DNA of 64,000 nt from Syntrophobacteraceae bacterium (GTDB lineage Bacteria > Desulfobacterota > Syntrophobacteria > Syntrophobacterales > Syntrophobacteraceae). Each line of letters starts with the position of its first letter. Position 1 is the stretch's first letter. Shown here one piece after another: positions 60,209 to 64,000 of the stretch. The notes beneath the pieces are model-generated. The model had not been told where the DNA came from. It saw only the letters and a list, made by a program, of their open reading frames with translations, and ran no database searches. The stretch is from positions 1,488 through 65,487 of the forward strand of contig PLSV01000201.1 of assembly GCA_003165235.1 (NCBI GenBank). The letters run 5' to 3'. A program made the position numbers and the translations under genes.

Positions 60209-60896
60209 GAAAACCGCGGTTATTCATCAACCCGACTTTCTGCCGCACCTAGGCTTTTTCCACAGGCTGCTGCAGGCGGACATCTTCATAATTCTCGATC
60301 ATGTCCCGCTCTCCAAGAGCGGATGGGTGCATCGGGACAAGATCAAAACGCCCCAGGGCGAACAGTGGATAACAATCCCGGTGAAAAAGAACGGCCTGCA
60401 GCCGCTCATCTGCGAGGCAGAGATCGACTACAACCCGCATTACGGCAAAATCCAGAAACTGCTGCATGCCCACTACTCCCATGCTCCCTTTTTCCAGGAG
60501 ATTTACCCTCCCCTGCGGGAAGTCATGGAACGACGGCAGGCAAGGCTTGTCGATTTCAACCTGGACCTGTTGAACCTGGCGCTGAACTGGTTTGATATTC
60601 GGATTGAAAAAATAGAGATCAGCAGCACCCTCGGAATAACGACTCGGAAGTCTCAAATGAACGCGGACCTGGTAGCCGCCGCCGGAGGCGCCGTTTACCT
60701 CTCCGGACCGGGGGCAAAAGCCTATCATGAAGATGGGCCCTTCTCCCAGGCCGGACTCACCGTCGCCTGGCAGGATTTCCACCACCCGGTCTATCAGCAG
60801 CAACACGGACCTTTTATCCCTTACCTGAGCTGTATCGACCTCTTTTTCAACTGCGGCATCCTTAACTCTCAAAAGATATTACGGAGCTGTGTATGA
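60201..60896 (+). CDS. WbqC-like family protein
   Basis: ATG 60201 (M19 of track ORF). VIHQPDFLPHLGFFHRL ... ITIPVKK matches the WbqC-like N-terminus as I recall it. Confidence 0.65.
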   Translation: MSEKTAVIHQPDFLPHLGFFHRLLQADIFIILDHVPLSKSGWVHRDKIKTPQGEQWITIPVKKNGLQPLICEAEIDYNPHYGKIQKLLHAHYSHAPFFQEIYPPLREVMERRQARLVDFNLDLLNLALNWFDIRIEKIEISSTLGITTRKSQMNADLVAAAGGAVYLSGPGAKAYHEDGPFSQAGLTVAWQDFHHPVYQQQHGPFIPYLSCIDLFFNCGILNSQKILRSCV

Positions 60897-61519
60897 ACAT
60901 ACTTGCGCTTGGCGCTCATTTCGACGACATCGAACTGGGTTGCGGCGGCGCCATGGCGAAGCACATCGCCAAAGGCGATAGGGTCTATGCGTATGTGGCG
61001 ACCGTATCGGGTTTCATTGGTCCAAACAACAACATCGTCCGGACGAACGAAACGGCGCTGGCGGAAGGGCGGGACGCAATGGGCATCCTTGGCGTCGAGC
61101 TTATCTGCGGCAATTTCAAGACCCTCGAGATCGAATTCACTGAAGCCCTCAACGTTGACATCCTGCGAATCGTAGAAGAGAAGAACATAGAGAAAGTTTA
61201 CACCCATTGGATGGGCGACATACACCATGACCATCAGGCGGTTGCAAGGGCTTCTCTGCATGCATGCAGATGGGTGCCAAGACTGCTTATGTACCGCAGC
61301 AACTGGTATCATTCGAACCTGGACTTCAGGGGTAATTTCTACATAGACATAAGCGATTTCCTAAACAAGAAAATCGAGTCCATACAAGCCCACAAGTCGG
61401 AAATGGAGCGGACAAGAGACAGATGGGTAAGTTTTTTCACCAAAGAGGCGGAGAATGCCGGCCAGCGCATCGGCGCAAGGTACGCGGAAGTTTTCGAAGT
61501 AGTCAAATGGCTTGAATAG
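60893..61519 (+). CDS. PIG-L/LmbE-family deacetylase
   Basis: ILALGAHFDDIELGCGG and HHDH motifs; ATGA overlap with preceding stop. Confidence 0.8.
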   Translation: MNILALGAHFDDIELGCGGAMAKHIAKGDRVYAYVATVSGFIGPNNNIVRTNETALAEGRDAMGILGVELICGNFKTLEIEFTEALNVDILRIVEEKNIEKVYTHWMGDIHHDHQAVARASLHACRWVPRLLMYRSNWYHSNLDFRGNFYIDISDFLNKKIESIQAHKSEMERTRDRWVSFFTKEAENAGQRIGARYAEVFEVVKWLE

Positions 61520-61605
61520 TGCCCGCCCACCCGGGATGAGAGACAGCGGCGGGCGCAACCTGCTCCGCAATCTATAGCAACTGCCTTGCTGTTGGAGGAC
61601 CAGAA

Positions 61606-62364
61606 ATGAAAGTCGTTGGGACCATTGAAGCAAGAATGGGCTCAACCCGGCTGCCGGGAAAAAGCCTGATGGAGATCTACGGCGGCATGCCGCTTATCGA
61701 GGCGGTGACGGAGCGCTTCAGGATGTGCAGGAATGTGGATGCGGTCTGGGTCGCTACGACCACCGAACCCGCAGACGACGCCATAGCCCAATGGTGCAGG
61801 GCAAACGAAGTAGACTGTTTCCGGGGCTCCGAGCAGGACGTCCTGGACCGTGTGGCCAAAACCGCAATGGAGGCAAGGGCGGATGCGGTTGTCCAGATGG
61901 GTGCGGATTCCGCCTATCTTGATTTCAAGCTGATCGATGCAATGGTCAAGGTATTCAAACGCGGCGGGTGCGATTACCTTTGCAATGACCTTGAGCTGAC
62001 CTATCCCCTCGGCATTTACGCCCACGTCATAAGGGTTTCCTGCCTTGTTGCGCTCAATCGGAGGGCCGAGTTGACCGAGCAGGAGCGCGAAGATGTTGTA
62101 CGATACATCTACGAGCATCCGAACGAGCACCGTGTCGCCAACATCACGGCGCCTACCGAATTCGCATATCCGGGGCTCAGATTGACCATCGACTATCCCG
62201 AAGACCTGGAGCTGGCGCGCACGATCTATGCGCGCTTCGGAGGCTGCCGCTTCACGACCGGGGACGTGATCGGGCTCTACCGGAATGAACCGGAGCTATT
62301 CAAAAAGACCAGGGGCCTCGTCCAGCGCTCGGCGCCTTTCCTGAAAAGGGCTGCAAATGAATAG
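61606..62364 (+). CDS. cytidylyltransferase, CTP_transf_3, second paralogue
   Basis: GTIEARMGSTRLPGKSL motif, parallel to 58545..59219. Confidence 0.75.
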   Translation: MKVVGTIEARMGSTRLPGKSLMEIYGGMPLIEAVTERFRMCRNVDAVWVATTTEPADDAIAQWCRANEVDCFRGSEQDVLDRVAKTAMEARADAVVQMGADSAYLDFKLIDAMVKVFKRGGCDYLCNDLELTYPLGIYAHVIRVSCLVALNRRAELTEQEREDVVRYIYEHPNEHRVANITAPTEFAYPGLRLTIDYPEDLELARTIYARFGGCRFTTGDVIGLYRNEPELFKKTRGLVQRSAPFLKRAANE

Positions 62365-63379
62365 AAAGCTAAGCGCGGCCATAATCGGGGCGGGCCGGAT
62401 CGCAGGGGGCTACGATACCGAGAAGATCGGCAGCGATGCCGGCGTCTACACCCATGCCGGCGCCTATACCCGTGACGAAAGGTTCGTGCTCCGCACCGTT
62501 TGCGACCTTGACGGATCGCAGGCCGAGAGTTTCCGCAAGCAATGGAACATCGGCTCGGCTACGTCGCACCCTGAAGAGATCTACACAGATTATCACGACG
62601 TCATCAGCGTCTGCACGCCTGACACAGCCCACTTCGAAGTTATTCGAAATATTCTCGAACATGGTGCGTGCAGGACAATTTTCGCCGAGAAGCCCCTCGC
62701 CACAACCCGTGACGAGATAGCGCACCTCAGGCGCCTTGCTGAGGAGCACGGCGTGAATCTCGTGGTGGATTATCAGCGCCGGTTCGACAACCGCCACGCA
62801 AGAGTCCGGGACCTCATCTCCCGAGGCAGGCCCGGCCTGCTCGCCGTCAATGCCTTTTACATGAAGGGCCTCGAACACAACGGAGTTGCGCTCGTCGATA
62901 CCCTGACCTACCTCTGCGGGCCACCCGATGCGGTGCTTGCCTACAACCGGGTCTTCAACAGCACGGTTGGGGAGTACTCCTATGACTTCATCCTTTTTTT
63001 TGAGCGCTTCAACGCAACCGTCAGAACGATAGACACCGATTCATCCGAATACCACTACCACATCTTCGAAGTGGACCTTCTTTTCTCCGACAGGAGGATG
63101 ACCATCAACGACAATTCCCGGACACTCGAGCAGCGTATGGTGGGAGAGTACGCCTACGGCGGCGTCAAGGCGCTCGATGACAAAAACCCGCTGCGTGAGG
63201 ATACCGGCTATCGGTTCGCACTGCCCGCCGCAGTCGATTATATCTACGAAATCACCGTTAACAACAAGGTCCACGACCGGAACACACCGGAATCGTCCCT
63301 TATTGACAGGGCGATTCTCGACGCGATCCTGCTGTCATACGAAAACAAAACAAAGATACCAATGGGAGCACCGGTATGA
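62357..63379 (+). CDS. Gfo/Idh/MocA-family oxidoreductase
   Basis: AIIGAGRIAGG, VCTPDTAHF, FAEKPL: NAD(P)-binding N-terminal domain pattern. Confidence 0.8.
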   Translation: MNRKLSAAIIGAGRIAGGYDTEKIGSDAGVYTHAGAYTRDERFVLRTVCDLDGSQAESFRKQWNIGSATSHPEEIYTDYHDVISVCTPDTAHFEVIRNILEHGACRTIFAEKPLATTRDEIAHLRRLAEEHGVNLVVDYQRRFDNRHARVRDLISRGRPGLLAVNAFYMKGLEHNGVALVDTLTYLCGPPDAVLAYNRVFNSTVGEYSYDFILFFERFNATVRTIDTDSSEYHYHIFEVDLLFSDRRMTINDNSRTLEQRMVGEYAYGGVKALDDKNPLREDTGYRFALPAAVDYIYEITVNNKVHDRNTPESSLIDRAILDAILLSYENKTKIPMGAPV

Positions 63380-64000
63380 AGAAGGTCCGAACAGCACCCC
63401 TGCCACCCTACAATCCCTTTGGCCCTGAGGAAGTCGCAACGGTTGCCGAGGTAGTCAAAAGCGGCATGTTGTCCGATTTCATCGGGCGGGATTGCGAAAA
63501 ATTTCTTGGTGGAAAGCATGTCCGGGAACTCGAACAGCGATGGGCCGAATACCACCGGGTCAAACATGCCGTCTCATTCAATACCGCAAGCTCCGCACTG
63601 GTCGCAGCAATCGGAGCGTCCGGCATTCTGCCGGGGGACGAGATCATCGTGGTCGCATATAGCATGTGCATATCCGCAACCGCCCCTCTATTCTACGATG
63701 CCGTGCCGGTCTTTGCCGATCTCGAAGAAGAGCATTACTGCATGGACCCCGACAGTCTTGCGCGGAAGATCACGCCACGGACAAGGGCGGTCCTGAGCGT
63801 GGACCTGTTCGGGCAATCCTCGGATATGGACCGGATAAATGCCGTTGCGAAACGGCATGACCTGAAGGTGATCTGCGATGCGGCCCACGTGCCGGGATGC
63901 GAATACAACGGCGGCTTTGCGGGGACTTTTGGCGACATCGGCGTCTTCAGCCTCAACCAGCACAAGATAATCCACTGCGGCGAGGGGGGCATTGCCGTCA
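63376..64000 (+). CDS. DegT/DnrJ/EryC1/StrS-family aminotransferase (3' end beyond window)
   Basis: Absent from the ORF track because it has no stop in the window. ATG 63376 overlaps the previous stop (ATGA). My translation gives AVSFNTASSALVAAI, GDEIIVVAYSMCISA, FSLNQHKIIHCGEGG (PLP lysine). Confidence 0.8.
   Translation, partial: MKKVRTAPLPPYNPFGPEEVATVAEVVKSGMLSDFIGRDCEKFLGGKHVRELEQRWAEYHRVKHAVSFNTASSALVAAIGASGILPGDEIIVVAYSMCISATAPLFYDAVPVFADLEEEHYCMDPDSLARKITPRTRAVLSVDLFGQSSDMDRINAVAKRHDLKVICDAAHVPGCEYNGGFAGTFGDIGVFSLNQHKIIHCGEGGIAV

Noticed and set aside
53160-60872. Series of long minus-strand ORFs (53160..53897, 54242..55078, 55320..56000, 57805..58581, 60249..60872) across the sugar operon
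   Set aside because: Each lies antisense to a plus-strand gene with clear family motifs. They are typical open shadow frames of GC-rich coding DNA.

Overview
Densely coding 64-kb window. I recognised no rRNA, tRNA, CRISPR array, transposase or integrase by eye. The gene content includes a six-subunit Ech [NiFe] hydrogenase, two sigma-54 enhancer-binding response regulators, three sigma-54 -24/-12 promoter matches, an archaemetzincin and a FAAL. This suggests an anaerobic deltaproteobacterium-like (Thermodesulfobacteriota) genome, but that is inference only. Block 1 (1-18.7 kb) is a cell-envelope glycan / lipid-linked sugar modification locus. It holds a truncated msbA-like exporter, GT-B and GT2 transferases, a divergent APS kinase + sulfotransferase pair, and rfbCD. 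It also holds an Arn-like module: SDR, DegT aminotransferase, GNAT, ArnC-like GT2, an ArnT-like GT-C split by one in-frame TAG, and an ArnE-like flippase. A methyltransferase and a low-GC acyltransferase_3 gene complete the block. Block 2 (18.9-43.9 kb) covers regulation, energy and housekeeping. It starts with a LivK-like binding protein, then an NtrC-type regulator followed by a sigma-54 promoter driving a pseudo-receiver (Glu at the phospho-acceptor site) and a repeat-rich untranslated tract. Next come a GcvH-like protein with two 4-Cys modules, a kinase/NtrC/archaemetzincin operon, echABCDEF, a Cache protein, der, a REC-PAS kinase, thiL-thiD, a parvulin PPIase, and a DUF4301-like gene behind a terminator-containing leader. 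Block 3 (44-64 kb) contains the stand-out feature. A fatty-acyl-AMP-ligase gene is translationally coupled (ATGA) to an uninterrupted 2417-aa ORF that fuses an SGNH-like domain, a phosphopantetheine-carrier-like domain, TPR repeats, three GT2 domains and two GT4 domains. Divergent from it is a sigma-54-promoted operon of at least 12 genes for a nonulosonic-acid-type sugar. That operon includes a radical SAM/SPASM enzyme and two cytidylyltransferases and runs off the window end. All family calls come from motifs read by eye and no database search was possible.
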